64,000 nucleotides of DNA from Paraphysomonas bandaiensis (lineage: Eukaryota > Protista > Chrysophyceae): assembly GCA_965644295.1 (NCBI GenBank), contig CBFFRP010000067.1, positions 118,700-182,699 on the forward strand, given 5' to 3'. Position numbers and translations under genes: made by a program. Positions 49,301 to 63,682 of the stretch are shown piece after piece. The notes beneath the pieces are model-generated. The model was given only the letters and a program-made list of their open reading frames with translations. It had not been told where the DNA came from and ran no database searches. The first letter of the stretch is position 1, and every line of letters begins with the position of its first letter.

Positions 49301-52300
49301 GAAGCTTGTAATGACTGAAGCTTCATGGTGATCATGTCTAGTAGGGACTTAATATTATCACGATTCCGAGATGCAATCGGATCAAGGTCAATTGTGCTCA
49401 TCATAGTCATGTATCTACTCCTGTTATCCGGGTTCATAATATCAGATGCTTCCTTAATTTGCTGCGATACGTCGTACAACACAGCGTTATCAGCGCATAC
49501 AGTGCGTAAAGAGTCTAAACAGTCACTGTGGACCTTACGCATTGTTCTCACTGCCTTCTTTGTCTGCTGTACAAGACTTGCAATTCGGTTATCGAATTCG
49601 ACTCCAATACTATCAAGAGATAACTGGTACTCGATCGAATTACTTTCAAGGGTACATAGCTTCGAATTAAACTTCTTTACTAAGTCAGCAAAGGCATCTG
49701 GACACTCCAAAGCAGATAAGTCCCCTGTTGGTCTAGGCCTATTTTGGCGTTGAGATGCTTGAGTAGCAGGAATTCCGGCAGGTGACTCAAAGGAGGAATT
49801 CACACTAACCGTTCTACTAAGCGGCTGTCCAGTCGAAGCAAGAGGTGAAACACTTGATTGGGATGCAGAGTGTAAAGATAAGCTACTCTTATCTGAACTC
49901 ACTGGCTTCGATTGACCAAACACACTTGGGGCCGCCTTCGCCATCGGAGGAGCCCCAGCTGAACCAGTCTTATCTGAACTCACTGGCTTCGATTGACCAA
50001 ACACACTTGGGGCTGCCTTCGCCATCGGAGGAGCTCCAGCTGAACCAGTCTTATCTGAACTCACTGGCTTCGATTGACCAAACACACTTGGGGCCGCCTT
50101 CGCCATCGGAGGAGCTCCAGCTGAACCAGTCTTATCTGAATTCGCCGGCTTCGATTGGCCAAACACACTTGGGGCCGCCTTCGCCATCGGAGGAGCTCCA
50201 GCTGAACCACCACTATCTGAACTCGCCGGCTTCGATTGACCAAACACACTTGGGGCTGCCTTCGCCATCGGAGGAGCTCCAGCTGAACCAGTCTTATCTG
50301 AACTCACTGGCTTCGATTGACCAAACACACTAGGAGCTGCCTTTGACATCGGAGGAGCTCCAGCTGAACCACCGCTATCTGAACTCACTGGCTTCGATTG
50401 ACCAAACACACTAGGAGCTGCCTTCGCCATCGGAGGAGCTCCAGCTGAACCAGTCTTATCTGAACTCACTGGCTTCGATTGACCAAACACACTTGGGGCC
50501 GCCTTCGCCATCGGAGGAGCCCCAGCTGAACTACCACTATCTGAACTCGCCGGCTTCGATTGACCAAACACACTTGGGGCTGCCTTCGCCATCGGAGGAG
50601 CTCCAGCTGAACCAGTCTTATCTGAACTCACTGGCTTCGATTGACCAAACACACTTGGGGCCGCCTTCGCCATCGGAGGAGCTCCAGCTGAACTACCACT
50701 ATCTGAACTCGCCGGCTTCGATTGACCAAACACACTTGGGGCTGCCTTCGCCATCGGAGGAGCTCCAGCTGAACCAGTCTTATCTGAACTCACTGGCTTC
50801 GATTGACCAAACACACTAGGAGCTGCCTTTGACATCGGAGGAGCTCCAGCTGAACTACCACTATCTGAACTCGCTGGCTTCGATTGACCAAACACACTTG
50901 GGGCAGCCTTTGACATCGGAGGAGCCCCAGCTGATCCAGTCTTATCTGAACTCGCCGGCTTCGATTGACCAAACACACTTGGGGCCGCCTTCGCCATCGG
51001 AGGAGCTCCAGCTGAACCAGTCTTATCTGAACTCGCCGGCTTCGATTGGCCAAACACACTTGGGGCCGCTTTCGCCATCGGAGGAGCTCCAGCTGAACCA
51101 CCACTATCTGAACTCGCCGGCTTCGATTGACCAAACACACTTGGGGCTGCCTTCGCCATCGGAGGAGCTCCAGCTGAACCAGTCTTATCTGAACTCACTG
51201 GCTTCGATTGACCAAACACACTTGGGGCCGCCTTTGACATTGGTGGGGCTCCAGCTGAACTACCACTATCTGAACTCGCCGGATTCGATTGACCAAACAC
51301 ACTTGGGGCCGCCTTCGCCATCGGAGGAGCTCCACCAGATCCAGTCTTATCCGAAGTAGATAGATTCTGTTGACCGAATATACTAGGTTTGGTGTTGAAT
51401 ATATTACTTTCGTTCGATTGTTGAGAATTTGTGTTGCGGAATAAAGCAAGTCCAGCATTTGGATCAAACCCATGTTGATTATCTTGTTTTGAAAAGCCCA
51501 TCATTGGGACAATTCCTCCACCCTTGCTACCGAAGAGGCTTGATGATGGTGCGTACGTTTCAGTCTGTTTTGCTGGTACTTGTGTGTTCACTGAATCTTC
51601 GGACTTACGGCCAAAGAGACTCCCAGTAACTCCACTCCCAAACGCAGATGTGCCAGCTAGACTTGTTCCGGTCGTCGAAATAGGTTTGTTTTCACTAGAT
51701 GAAGTGGAGGCACTAGTGGGACTATATAAATTTGACAAACCTCCACTGACCAACGGTTTATTTGATGTTGAACAGGATGTGCCATGTGGGAATACTGGCT
51801 CATCGGACTCGCTTTCGGTGGATCTGGCAGTTGCGGTATTGCACCCCACCGATGTTTTTGATTTCGGTGTTTGCACCAGTACAGTATCAATAGTCGAAAT
51901 ATCAGTCGGCTCAACACATATTGGGTCAGGATAGGTTGTATCAATAATAGAATGCAAGAGAAGGTGTCCAGAAGTGGAGAGTGTAATGACAACTGGCTGC
52001 GGAGGAATGTCGTCGTCCACCAGATACACTTCAATGGTTGCATTTAAACTGATGGCCATACCCGTTGGAAAACTACTGCGGTATGCTATACGAAATACAT
52101 AAGCGCAATAAACGCATGGTCACAAATAACATACCACTATCTTCGAATTTGATGAGTATTTCGTCATGCGGGTCAACAATCTTCCATTTTCCGCTGATAC
52201 ATTGCAACAGACGCACGTTGTCGCATCTATTAGAAGCCACCAACACCAATTTCCTGACACAGCCACCCATAACTACAGTATCTATAAAGTACACATCAAG

Positions 52301-53307
52301 TGCAGCAATACATACCATGGTTCAAAATATCTTGTAAAGTACAACTGTTGTGATGCCCATTGGTCAGGATGGTGGTAGGTCCACGCTGATGAATCACACA
52401 CTTCTTGGTTCACCCCCTCACCCACCAAACGATTACTACGCCCATCTTTGCATATTGTGAATATTTCCAATGATGGAGAAGTGTCAGGGCAATGTTTGGA
52501 TACACTGCATGCTATAAACTGGTCCTCTTTGAGCCAGTTAAGGTGGTGAATACCTATAAGGTCGATAATCAACAATTTATGAAGAGAAAGACAACTTACA
52601 TGCACTAGAGTCCGAAAAGACTTCTTTGTATGTCGCAATATCTTTATGTAATGAAGAATCTTTGATATAAACATCGTTATCTCTCGCGATCAATAAGTTG
52701 TTCTGTGAAGGGCTCCAATCGCAACTTGTGCAAGACGGCATATGTAGCATGGCTTCAATTCCCAACAACGGTTCCCATACTCGCAATGTATCTTTAGCAA
52801 TAATTGCAAGCTTATCGCTGCCAGCTTTATTCCAACAACATGCGACGTCGGTCATTTCAAATTTTATCTCATCGACTAACGGCCACGAGTCACTCTAGGA
52901 ATATACAGTCAGAACGAGATAGACAATATTGTACATACATTCTTAGCTATCTCCTTTGCAGAAAATATACTGAGTGTATTATCGTAGCAAGCACTGATAT
53001 AAAGTTCGGATTTTGACAATGATAAGTGTATCACATCACCAGGCATCTTGTGTGTCACGAGCTCCTCACTATCAACAGTATGAAGTTCTTCAAAATCATC
53101 AAATTGATCTTCCAAATGAGAAAATTTTACAGCATATATATAATTTTTTATAGCATAATATACATATCCATATTTATTGGACATTGCAAGAAGGCCGCCT
53201 GGTCTTGTCCCTGTAGTATAGTTCTTCTCCTCATTCTCATCACCAACTAAATACCGTGCTTGTGCTTTAAATGAAAAACTTTCAGATATCATATTACAGT
53301 TACTCAT
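46341..53307 (-). CDS. NUP214: Nucleoporin Nup214/Nup159-like, multi-exon
   Basis: N-terminal propeller (LLAMSNKYG, WSPSQ), SVFG repeats, coiled coil, C-terminal FG region ending FTQMRK. 43-nt intron 48323-48365 joins the two large ORFs. Confidence 0.85.
46915..47135 (-). repeat. 36-bp coding tandem repeat (QQQTTPQQGGFG), about 6 copies
   Basis: Visible in both DNA and protein. Confidence 0.9.
49885..51345 (-). repeat. 81-bp coding tandem repeat, 18 copies
   Basis: AGAPPM(A/S)KAAPSVFGQSKP(A/V)SSD(KTGS/SG[S/G]S). Confidence 0.95.
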
Positions 53308-53831
53308 TATTGTTAATTAAACTAATCAATTATACATTGTGTGTATAGGATGTGAAGGTTGTTAATGTATGACAAGAATAGAAGTCCTCAATGCATGTAT
53401 ATAGTAGTATATATATATATATGTATATATTCATGGCTACTGATGATACAAGTATACAGCATTATACCAGTATATATACATACTGTAGACTGCTGTGCGT
53501 GGTCTGTAACAAGCGAGCTGGTTGTGCTTTTTTAGGACCGCGCTCTTTTTGATCAATAAAGCGCGCTTTTCTATAATCAGAAACCTCTTTTATTCAAAAA
53601 GCGCGCTATATACCATCCCACATATACACATTTGTCCTGCTGTACATCTCCACACCTACAGTACAGCAGTGCACTACATTATGATACAATACACAAGTCG
53701 TATGGTACAGTGAGTGTTGTACAGGGCTAAACTTTCACATTGCAAAGACAGATAGATTAAACTAAACACATCATCTATCAAATGTCATACATAACAATCA
53801 AGTGAATTCTTATCTTTATACTATCCTTGTG

Positions 53832-55453
53832 ATGGCTAATAGTAATTCTCGATCATTTCTATATATATTTTTGTTTTTAGTCAGTTCAATATGTCTCACT
53901 ATACGACTGCTCAGTGATTACGATACATCATCATCATCTGCTTCACATCCAAAACAAAATCTACCTGTTATTAGCAAGTTACTATACAATAATACACATT
54001 CAACATTTAATTTATCCATCAATAGAACAAACTTACTGCAAGACACTATCAATAAGTTTGTACCAATAACCAAAGTGAATAGTAATGACGCAGCCAATGA
54101 GGCAAATACTGTTGACTCTGTAACTCAATCGGTATGTATTAACTTTTTCTTTGAGTAGTTTAACCTGGTAATATATATAACAGAAAGATGGGGTTAAAGA
54201 CAGCGCTATTGCTACGCTTAACGAAAAACAAATGAAGCCAGCTGCATCTGACCTTGACTTTGACACGTCTTTTTTGAGGTGTCATAACCAGTCCGAGTGT
54301 ATACCACCCCGCCTTTTCCTTGTTCCCCATTTTAAGGTATACATGTGCAAACACACCACGAGAGGAGGGGTAAGGTTTTACTACCTCGTACGGGATGGGT
54401 TGTTACAGCATCCTAAAATTATTATGGTTGACACGCTGGACTTGTCTAAAATAGACTTCATAATCTATCTTCCCAATTCATCCCCGTGGCACAAAAGCGA
54501 ATGCGCCGACCCGATGTATGCCGACAAGTTGATTGTTTTGGATGAATTCGATGGCCACCAGTTGTTTGCTCCGTACAAGGATCGGGCGGAACGAGAGCAA
54601 CATTACCCGAAATCTCCCACCGGCAAGCACCTATTGTGGAACTTTATGTTTTTCAAGCGTAGTTATGTGAGACGCATCGACGGCGTTTTTCGAAACTACC
54701 CACATATTGCAAAGGAGGATGTCTACCCTATGACTTATAGTATTGCAGAAGCGTACACGCACGGCACATTCAATCAACGCCGCGACACAGAAATTGCGTG
54801 CACTTTGAGAGGGTCCAACAAGCAGCAAACGCGCTTGAGGGTACAGCAATGGGTGGCAGAGTACATCCAGGAGAAAGGCATGAACAAGTCTGTTCACGGT
54901 CAGGTGGGAATATATGTATACTGCTAATGTGTATGATTTATATTGACGTGTGATATATGTGCAGCTTGATGGCGCGTCCCGACAAACTGTGAGTCGGAAA
55001 TACTTCGACTTCATGATGCATTCGCAGATAGTCGTCACGGTGAATCCTTCCTTCTGGGAAGGAGATTTCAGGTTGTGGGAGGCACTGTCCACGGGCGCCC
55101 TCGTGTTTGTGGATCATATTATGGTTCCTCATCCCTTCCCATTGATAGACAAGAAGCATGTAATCTATTTCTCATCCCACAACAAAGAGGACCTAACAAA
55201 GAAGCTTGACTATTATTTGGCCCACAAAGAAGAGGCCCGTGTAATCGCCCTGCGTGGATATCTGCACGCCATGCAATATCACAGAACGTCAAACTTTATC
55301 GATTATGTTATGCGAACAGCGCATACTAAGTTAGGAATGCTCAATGACTCTCTAGTAGTTCCCAAGTATCCTTTCACAGGGCAGTATCTTGTGGCAAAGG
55401 CTGCTTCTCAAATAGACGGAATTAAAAAATCTGGTCTCCCAGGTGTATACTAG
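53832..55453 (+). CDS. Type II membrane glycosyltransferase-like protein (GT-B, CgeB/YkvP-like C-terminus), 3 exons
   Basis: N-terminal TM plus stem; WEGDFRLWEALSTGALVFVD, KLDYYLAH.EEARVIA..GY. Confidence 0.7.
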
Positions 55454-55676
55454 ATAGTTGAGCTGTAGTCGTAATGAATTGTAATTACCGTAAATAAAAT
55501 AGAAAATAGGACATGACTCTGTTGGAATACGTATTTTACCTACGATAGAACTGTAGAATGGCATGCGTTATAAACACACACAATCAATAAAGGTTGATTT
55601 CTGTGTAATAAAGTGAAAAATATTTCTGTGTAATATTATTACTTTTGATAAGTGCGTGTAAGGTCAAATACAAGCG

Positions 55677-55810
55677 CCCTAAACAAAGTCGGACTTGGTT
55701 TACTGATTAGTTACAGGTAGAGGTCTAACTAGTTTGTCTAGCATTCATCTAGCTACTAAGTTGGTGCAGGTTTTTGACGCCTATAGCTAATAATAAGACT
55801 TTCAATATAG
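55677..55810 (+). mobile_element. Internally deleted SINE-like copy (head joined to tail), followed by a hAT right-end fragment
   Basis: ccctaaacaaagtcggact fused to actgattagttacagg..agactttcaatata; 55815-55870 resembles 29425-29478. Confidence 0.75.
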
Positions 55811-56203
55811 TATTGTGTATTGTTGGGCCGGCTTAAAAACTCCATCAAGAACACGGTTGATGGAACGTTACCTATACTTTTTCCTTTCCCTCCTGGTCAT
55901 GGCATTCAAGGTTATGAGGTAATTTGGAAAGATATATTCACCCACAGTACAGAGTACATGTCTCTCAAATAGTTACGTATTTTTATAGTAATTAGTACTG
56001 CGTGAACAGCGCAGAAATACTAGTATATCTACACACTGCTCACCATCGAATAGTTTATCAACAACATGGCACAATAAGAATTGTTAACCGATACAAAACT
56101 ACAATCATTCTGAAATGGGAAGAATATTATATCAATAAATTGTCGATTAGAATAGTTCGGATAAGTGCGAAAGAGTAAAGTAAGTTTAACAACACCGATG
56201 TGT

Positions 56204-57527
56204 TTAATCAGATAAGGAGCATGTTGACACTGTAGATGCCGTAGAGCTCGACTTTTTAAAAGTATAGCGATTAGCTTTGGATGATGTTGGAATGTGCTCG
56301 GGCGCAGTGTACGAGTACCCTTCCAACAACTCCCGTACATACGCTGGAATATGGCTTGGAGCACGCAACGGGATCGGATTGGATTTGTCATGACGTCCAG
56401 TAGGAGCCACATGGCCGTTTATATTATATTTGGTTCGTAAACACTGCGCTACAATAGAGATGTCCACATCAAGGGGAGAGGGAACACTGACGTGTAACAG
56501 CTCATCCCATGAACAGTCCAATGAGTCGAACAGAGGCATTCGCTGCAAATTTTCGAAATTCGTTCCAAGACGATGTGTGATGCGAACGTCTACAAGTCCA
56601 CGTAGTACTGCCCCGCAATCTGAAGAAAGGGGCAGACCACTTGACAAAGTGTCTGGTAGACGCAAGAGGGGATATTCTGTATATGAATGCGTATCATGTA
56701 TACATTTGTTAGAAACGTAACATCCCTCCACGTTATGTTGGTTCAATCGACGACTCCAGTAAACAGTATCATACGTCAACCTCGAATAATTGATAAATGA
56801 CCTTGGGCAACGTCGACCAAACGGCAAGCATCTAAATAGCATTTCGTACATTACCAGTCCCAGGCTCCAGAAATCACTTTCATGCCCATGAGAGTGGGAC
56901 TTCGTGAAAATTTCTGGAGCCATATAAGGATAGGTTCCGCTGGACATATTGCATACTATCCCATTCATATCATCATCATCTAATGAACGATAAGATATGC
57001 CGAAGTCTACCAATCTTGGGTATAACTGTCGATCAAGCACTATGTTTTCAGGTTTTACGTCTGCGACAATGTTAGGGTATGTAAAAACAACGTATAGTGG
57101 AGCGCATACCACGATGAATAACGCCCCTGCTATGTATGTGCCTGAGAGCTAATGCGATGCAGGCAACTATAAAAGTGGCTTGTTTTTCAGTAAAAGTAAC
57201 ACCAGCTTTGATATGATGGCGAATATCACCGCCTTCAAGAAGGTCTAAGACCAAGTAGCACTTTGTCCAATCATGATACGCAAAATGAAGATTACTCAAA
57301 AAAGGATGACCAGAGATACGTTTTAATGACTGTAGTTCTCCCATAAGACTGTTAGCACCGCCTTTACACGACAACAAGCGCCTGACATCGAGCACCTTGG
57401 ATGCATACAACTGCCCATTAGGGACATAACCAACTTGTTTTACATTCCCAAATCCTCCTTTACCAATTAACTCACCATCAGAGAAGTTAGATGTGCTCGT
57501 GGCTGCTATCGGAGTACCACACCCCAT
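56204..57527 (-). CDS. AGC-family Ser/Thr kinase, 2 exons, N-terminal MGCG
   Basis: GKGGFG, ASK, spliced HR|DVKPEN, DFG, GTYPYMAPE, DFWSLG, RLG. Confidence 0.92.
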
Positions 57528-58266
57528 CACTATTATCTAGATGATAATCTTCTTGTCTTAGACCATAAAAATAATGAATGATTAATGTCAACATACATCA
57601 GCTACACTCATTCAACTCATGATTATTCTGAAATTAGTATATTGCGTATATGTATTGTGACGCTATCTTCCCATACATCGTTCAGTATGTTCCCCACTCT
57701 ATCATACACATGTACAGTATCTTCATACGTATGGATTAATGTAGAGACGATAAAGTGATCATCATCCCTTCAAAGTTGAACTTACTTTGTAGTATAGTAT
57801 CCAGCAGCAGTATACACATACGTCAATTACTTGATATAGTATGTCATCGTTTTACATATATTAGAAAATATATCACAAAAATAGAACTAGTATATAAAAA
57901 ACAAGGAAATTTAAATTTTCACAACATAAAAAGCCATATTATTATATCTCTTTACTTCAATTATCATCGTACTTATTATTTAGAAGGGAAATTGAAGTGG
58001 ATTTATAGTAATGTACTGAATAATTACCCCTTTCGGCTCAACCAAACCACCTCATTAACTATTGAATAGTATTACAGAACTATTCCCACATTATCATCGT
58101 ACTAACTGATTAATTGACACTTAGATATTAGAAGAGATATGATTTACCGTAACTCTGCCGATAAGTGGATATATTTTTCAGTTATAATGATAGAAAGATT
58201 AGATTAGATACAGTCATTTACTATACAGTCGTCTTATAAGACTTCTAGTAAGTCATCACTTTGAAG

Positions 58267-61200
58267 ATGCATAGTTATGACACTACATTAATGAGGCGAT
58301 CAATAGAGTGCCTTTGTGGGTCTGATAATTTCAGCAGTGATTCAGAGTCAGATGGATATTATGCTACATCACCTAAATCTATTAGCACCACTATATTGCC
58401 AGGTGATTTTCATTATAACACGACATGGCCAACACATGCATTGGAACAAATTGCTTCATTTTGTCCTACATATGTGAATAAATTGCCTCCATTGGGAAAG
58501 TCTCATAAAGTGGACTGCTGTTTTATGCTGGCAGATATTTCTGGGTTCACGACGTTATCTAGCGCGTTGTGCACCCAAGGTAAGGTTGGGCTTGACCAAC
58601 TACGGTTGATCACAAATGAATCTTTCGCTAACTTTGTTCGGATCATATATTCACACGGCGGCGAAGGTAAATATTAATTCTCCAGTTTTTCGTTGTGGTA
58701 ATGAGCTGTGAGCAGTTGTTGAATTTGCTGGTGATGCCCTGTTGTGTATATTCCTACCAGATAGTCGCGAGTCGTCATTAGAAAAGTGCTCACTACGAGC
58801 GATCCAGTGCGGGGTCTGCATTACCAAGTGTATAATGGATGGAACACAAACCCATGTTGCCATTTCCAATGGGCAGATAAGCATGGCATTTGTAGGTGGA
58901 TACAACAGGAAACAAACGTATATCATGAATGGACCATTTTTGGATAATGTGGCGGCATGTATCAACTTGGCAGCTGCGAAAGAAATCGTAGTGACCGCAA
59001 ATGTGTACGCCGTTGTGCAGGATTCCGTGGTCGTGGAGAGCATAGGAGAAGGAGGCGACTATTATAGAATCACCAGCTGCACACCTTTACGAGAGGTATG
59101 CCATATGTGCCCAACTATTGTAATATGTTGATGTTTATCTTCTCGATACATTACATGTTTTTATCATACACTGCTAGTACTATGCTGTCGTACGTAAATC
59201 TTACTTGCAGAATATGGAACGATTTTGTCGCTCTCCTGTTTTCAATCTTCCTGGTGGATGTACCCAAGAAGATGTTGAGAGTTGTGTTCCTGCACCTGCT
59301 GTAGAAGCAATACGTTGTCATGCTCTTGACGGACTTGCAGAAATTCGAAATGTTACAACCTTGTTTTTGAGATTGGACAGCTTTTCTTCGGCGGATTGCG
59401 AGGATGTGAGAGAACTTCAACCTTTCTTTTATGCTATGCAAAGGTGTCTCGATGAGTGTGGTGGATTCATGCGGCAGTTTGTAGTTGATGACAAGGGTTG
59501 TGTACTCATTGGTCTATGGGGGGTACCCACAGCGACACATGCAGCTAACTGCTCTAAAGCCCTACGATGTGCGGTAATGATGAAAAATGAAGCGTTATTC
59601 CAGCAGCACTTGGTGTCCATCGGCATAACAACTGGCAGTGTATACTGCGGTACTGTTGGTACAGATTACAGAAGAGACTATGTGGCCATTGGTCGTTCGG
59701 TTAATCTGGCCGCTCGACTGATGAGCAAAGCCAATGGTCGAATAATAATAGACAAAAACACGCATAGTAAAATTCCTCTTGATCTCTCCCCACACTTAGT
59801 CCCGACGGAGGAGATGCGCTTAAAAGGAATTCCCAGGGCTAAGAGGTATTTCTCGTATACATCTTCGCAGACTCCTCCACCATACTCTGCCGATGTTCGA
59901 GAAGACTACACACTAGGGATCGAGGGGTTTGCTAGAAGGAGACTGAATGCAGTACTAGATGTGGTAGGGACTACAGGTCATGTACATACAGTTTCAAGGT
60001 CGTACTCCAACCCTCGAGACACCATTCGTCAACATGTAAATTCGAGTGAAATATACTCGCGTTCGTCATCCGTCACAACAGACGGTACATTTGGACGCAC
60101 GCAATCACAGTGTAGTGAGACTGTGTCTCGCACACAATCTCATTGCGGTGATGTGTCACCTGTGCATTCGCTCTCCAACGCAACCGATATCTCACGTTCC
60201 AATACATCTGAGGCTAGTGCTCCTGGAAATATACGCGACCTTTCGCAGCTTGCTGATCTAGCACCGCGCCCTTCTGACATTTCACATTCGTACTCAGCTA
60301 CTTCTGATGCGTCCACAGTAGATCTCCCAATATGTGTGAGCAGGCCGGTACGCCACGCCTTCGGGGGAGAGGTATGTCCCCCAACCGAAGTTTTCATTAT
60401 AAAAGGAATATCTGGTTCAGGTATGTTTAATGCATGTTTATCCGTACGAGGTTTAGTAATGTTCTATGTCTAGGGAAGACTGCTATTTTAAATCACTTTA
60501 TTCATCGTGTAAAGTCTGTGGAGTCTCATGTTCACAAAGCGTATCAGCGCGATGTCGTGTTCGTCTCGCTTCGTAGTGAAGATGATGCCACACAGTGGAG
60601 TGCAATTCGTAAGATATTTTACTCCCTGCTTGCCGTTATGAATGATTCAAATGTCCAATGCGAGAAAGCGAATATAGTTAACGTCATATCTCTGGCATTT
60701 TCGGGTCGTAAGAATGCGTATATAAGTAGTACAGTATTTCCTATTCTTAAAAGCGTGTTGGACTTGAAATGGAGTTGGGAATCTGACAATCAGGCTACAA
60801 TACGTCGATCCTGCACCCAACTTTTCGAAAGCACCCCAGCAGAAGTTGTTGGACAGTTGTTCTTCTATATGCTCAGTGCTGGAGTAGCTGTACTGGCTGT
60901 TGATGATGCTCACTTTATGTGTCGTTCTTCATGGGAGGCAATGACACACTTATGTAGGATGGGTTCGTCAGCAATGCTCGTGCTAACTGTACGCATAAAT
61001 GGAACTTCAGCCACATCTCTTTTGTCGAGATCAATGGATCATCAGTGCTCCGGCGAAAACACTGCACTTTCTGGGTCGGCGCACTCTCATGATAGGTCGC
61101 CTTCTTCTACACGTTCTCGATCTCCTGCGAACTCACTGAATGATATGGCTATGGGCTCCTTTTTTGAGAACGACGAAGAAAGTTTAACTTGCGATAGCTT

Positions 61201-62439
61201 ATTGCAACTCTCACATGGATCACCTGCGAAAATGGCACACAAAGGAAGCGCGTCATCTCTCAAAACCCCCGCAAGGTGATAAACTACAATATGTTTTGAT
61301 GTGTATAATGATGTGGCGTTAGACATAGTGTGGAGTATAGCAGGTTCTGTAGTTCTGTACAAACAGGATGTCTGCATAAATTGGCTCTGCGACCATTAAA
61401 CCAGAGAATCATATCAAATATTCTTCAAAATGAGGGGTTTTCTAACGTATCTAGCCATGCGGTGCATGCTATTTTATCCGTATCTCGCGGAAATCCTTTC
61501 CTTCTGTGGAAAATAATCGATTACTGTCACGAATCACAGCACACTGACATAGATGACATCATATCTAGTATGGCAGACAACTCTCTGATTGTGACAATGC
61601 TTGAGAGAGTCCCACATATTGCGAGAAGTATCTTAAAGACGGCAAGTATTATTGGGGAGGAGTTTCATGTGACTCTACTTGGAGAGGTTATACCAGACGA
61701 AGTCCGGCCTTCAATGGAACGTGTTCTCCAAATATTGGAGAATAAGGGTTTTCTAATCACCCTTTTTGATGATGTGATGGCATTTAGCAGCGATTTAATG
61801 CGGAAATTTGCCTATGACTTAGTCCCTCCCAGGTAGATTAATTTCTTTATATCCGCAGCAGGGTTAATTTTAATAACAGTGATGCCAAGTCGCTTCATGC
61901 ATCAGTGGCTGCTGCTATTGTGAAGCTATACAATAACTCTACATCCCATAGTCTGAGGTCAGTTGTATGTCTCGTATATATTCGCGTACTGACTAACTTG
62001 TATGCACAGTTTGGCTTATCACTATGTACACTCTGGACATCCTTCTCCCCACAGAGAAACATTCCATGCTTGTTGCCAAGCCGTAAACGTTTGTTTAGCA
62101 CAACGGGAAGTCGAATCTGTACTTCCATTTCTAGATGGTGCGTTTAAACACTATTGTGGCCAATCACAACTGAATGACTTAATGGATCTCACGACGAAGG
62201 CGATTCGTATGACGCGGTCGAAACTCATCGACGTTAAATTGAGTGAAACTTCTTTAGAATCTCCGTTGTTGAAATCATTGTTAGATAAACTTAATGAAAT
62301 ATCTGCCGAATTACGTAGAAAGGGAGGTATGTGGTCTGTTATGAGACACAACTTCAGGAGCCTCATGTTTCATTGGAATGAAAAAAGGAAAGCGAAACGG
62401 GTATATCCTGAGGTTTTATACGAGTCCAATTTCGAGTGA
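58267..62439 (+). CDS. ADCY10: Soluble adenylyl cyclase (ADCY10-like): two class III cyclase domains plus STAND/AAA NTPase, multi-exon
   Basis: ADISGFT, FAGDAL, DDKG, VNLAARLM; spliced P-loop GISGSGKT; AVDDAH; SRGNPF; ASIIGEEF. Confidence 0.88.
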
Positions 62440-63053
62440 TATTTCATGTTTGTATCGTGTTGTACCCTTGGATATTATATTTTTGGATTACTATTGTACG
62501 AGTAGTATGTCTAATCGTGTTACAAATGTTGCGAATTAGAAATACTTCGGTACGTTGAATTTTAAACTATATTTTCTCCGTGTTGATAATCACTGAGAAA
62601 ATAGCATTATTTAATTATCCCCATTTTGTCAGTCCTTTAGGGTTTGGGTAACGTCTTGCATTGCAGTACTCTGTGCGTCATGTCATATGCATAGCATTCG
62701 GGGTAGATTTTATAGCTCTTTGTACTTTGTAGCCTGCTGGTTATACAAGGACATTGGTGCTCTCTGATTGGCATTAAGAGAACAAATGAAAAATCAGAGT
62801 ACAGTTTCATATCAATAGTATCTACATAAGGGAATGATAATTGTAACTAGATTAATTCTAAACAATAAATCCAACGTTTTATAATAAATACAACAAATGT
62901 ACCTTTACGATAGTAGGATACTGAGGGAATATACCAACTGCGAGGTATTGATACTCGTACAGGAGTGTGATAATGAATGTTTAAGGCGGGTCCATTCCCG
63001 AATGCCTGTTTATTGTTTATTCGTCTCGTCAAGGCCCAAAGACGTCTACACAA

Positions 63054-63170
63054 CAGGGCCTGGTAACCATTAATGGCCCATTAATGGTAGTCCAGTTCCC
63101 GGCAATTATAAAGACATATTGCCATAAATGGCCCATTACTGCCATTACCATTAACGGTTACCAGGCCCTG
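63054..63170. mobile_element. hAT-type MITE copy 3
   Basis: TIR CAGGGCCTGGTAACC/GGTTACCAGGCCCTG; perfect TSD ctacacaa. Confidence 0.93.
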
Positions 63171-63184
63171 CTACACAAGTGTCA

Positions 63185-63664
63185 TATATATTGAAAGTCT
63201 TATTATTAGCAATAGGCGTTAAAACCCGCACCAACTTAGTAGCTAGAAATGAATGCTAGGTATGACAAACTAGTTAGACCTCTATCTGTAACAAATCAGT
63301 ACACCCTCTATTATTCTACTACTTAACGCTACGGAAGCTGCTTGTGCAACCACTTCCGCTCTGAGTTCTTAAGGTGAACATCCCGGATGATGCTTGACTT
63401 CACCAGGCAGCCCAACAATACCCCGGTTACCCTTCAGGTGGACCCTGTCCCGGATTCCTGTTTATTCGTCAGGGTCCAAAGATGTCTACACAAGTGACAC
63501 TTATTGATGTCCCTTGTACCACACAATCATTTGGCACTATGAGTGGGCAGAAAAATATCTGCTGACTATGTTTGCGGCTTACGTTAGTTTCCCAGAGAGA
63601 GAATCTCTCCGGTACTTATCTCCCAGAGAACCACGAAAAGGTGCGAGTTCGACTTTGTTGAGGT
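63185..63664 (-). mobile_element. SINE-like copy C (full length)
   Basis: 11-bp TSD cacaagtgtca (63174-63184/63665-63675). Confidence 0.85.
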
Positions 63665-63682
63665 CACAAGTGTCACTTATAT

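Noticed and set aside
49885-51345. CRISPR-like regular array
   Set aside because: No unique spacers; it is an in-frame coding repeat of a nucleoporin.
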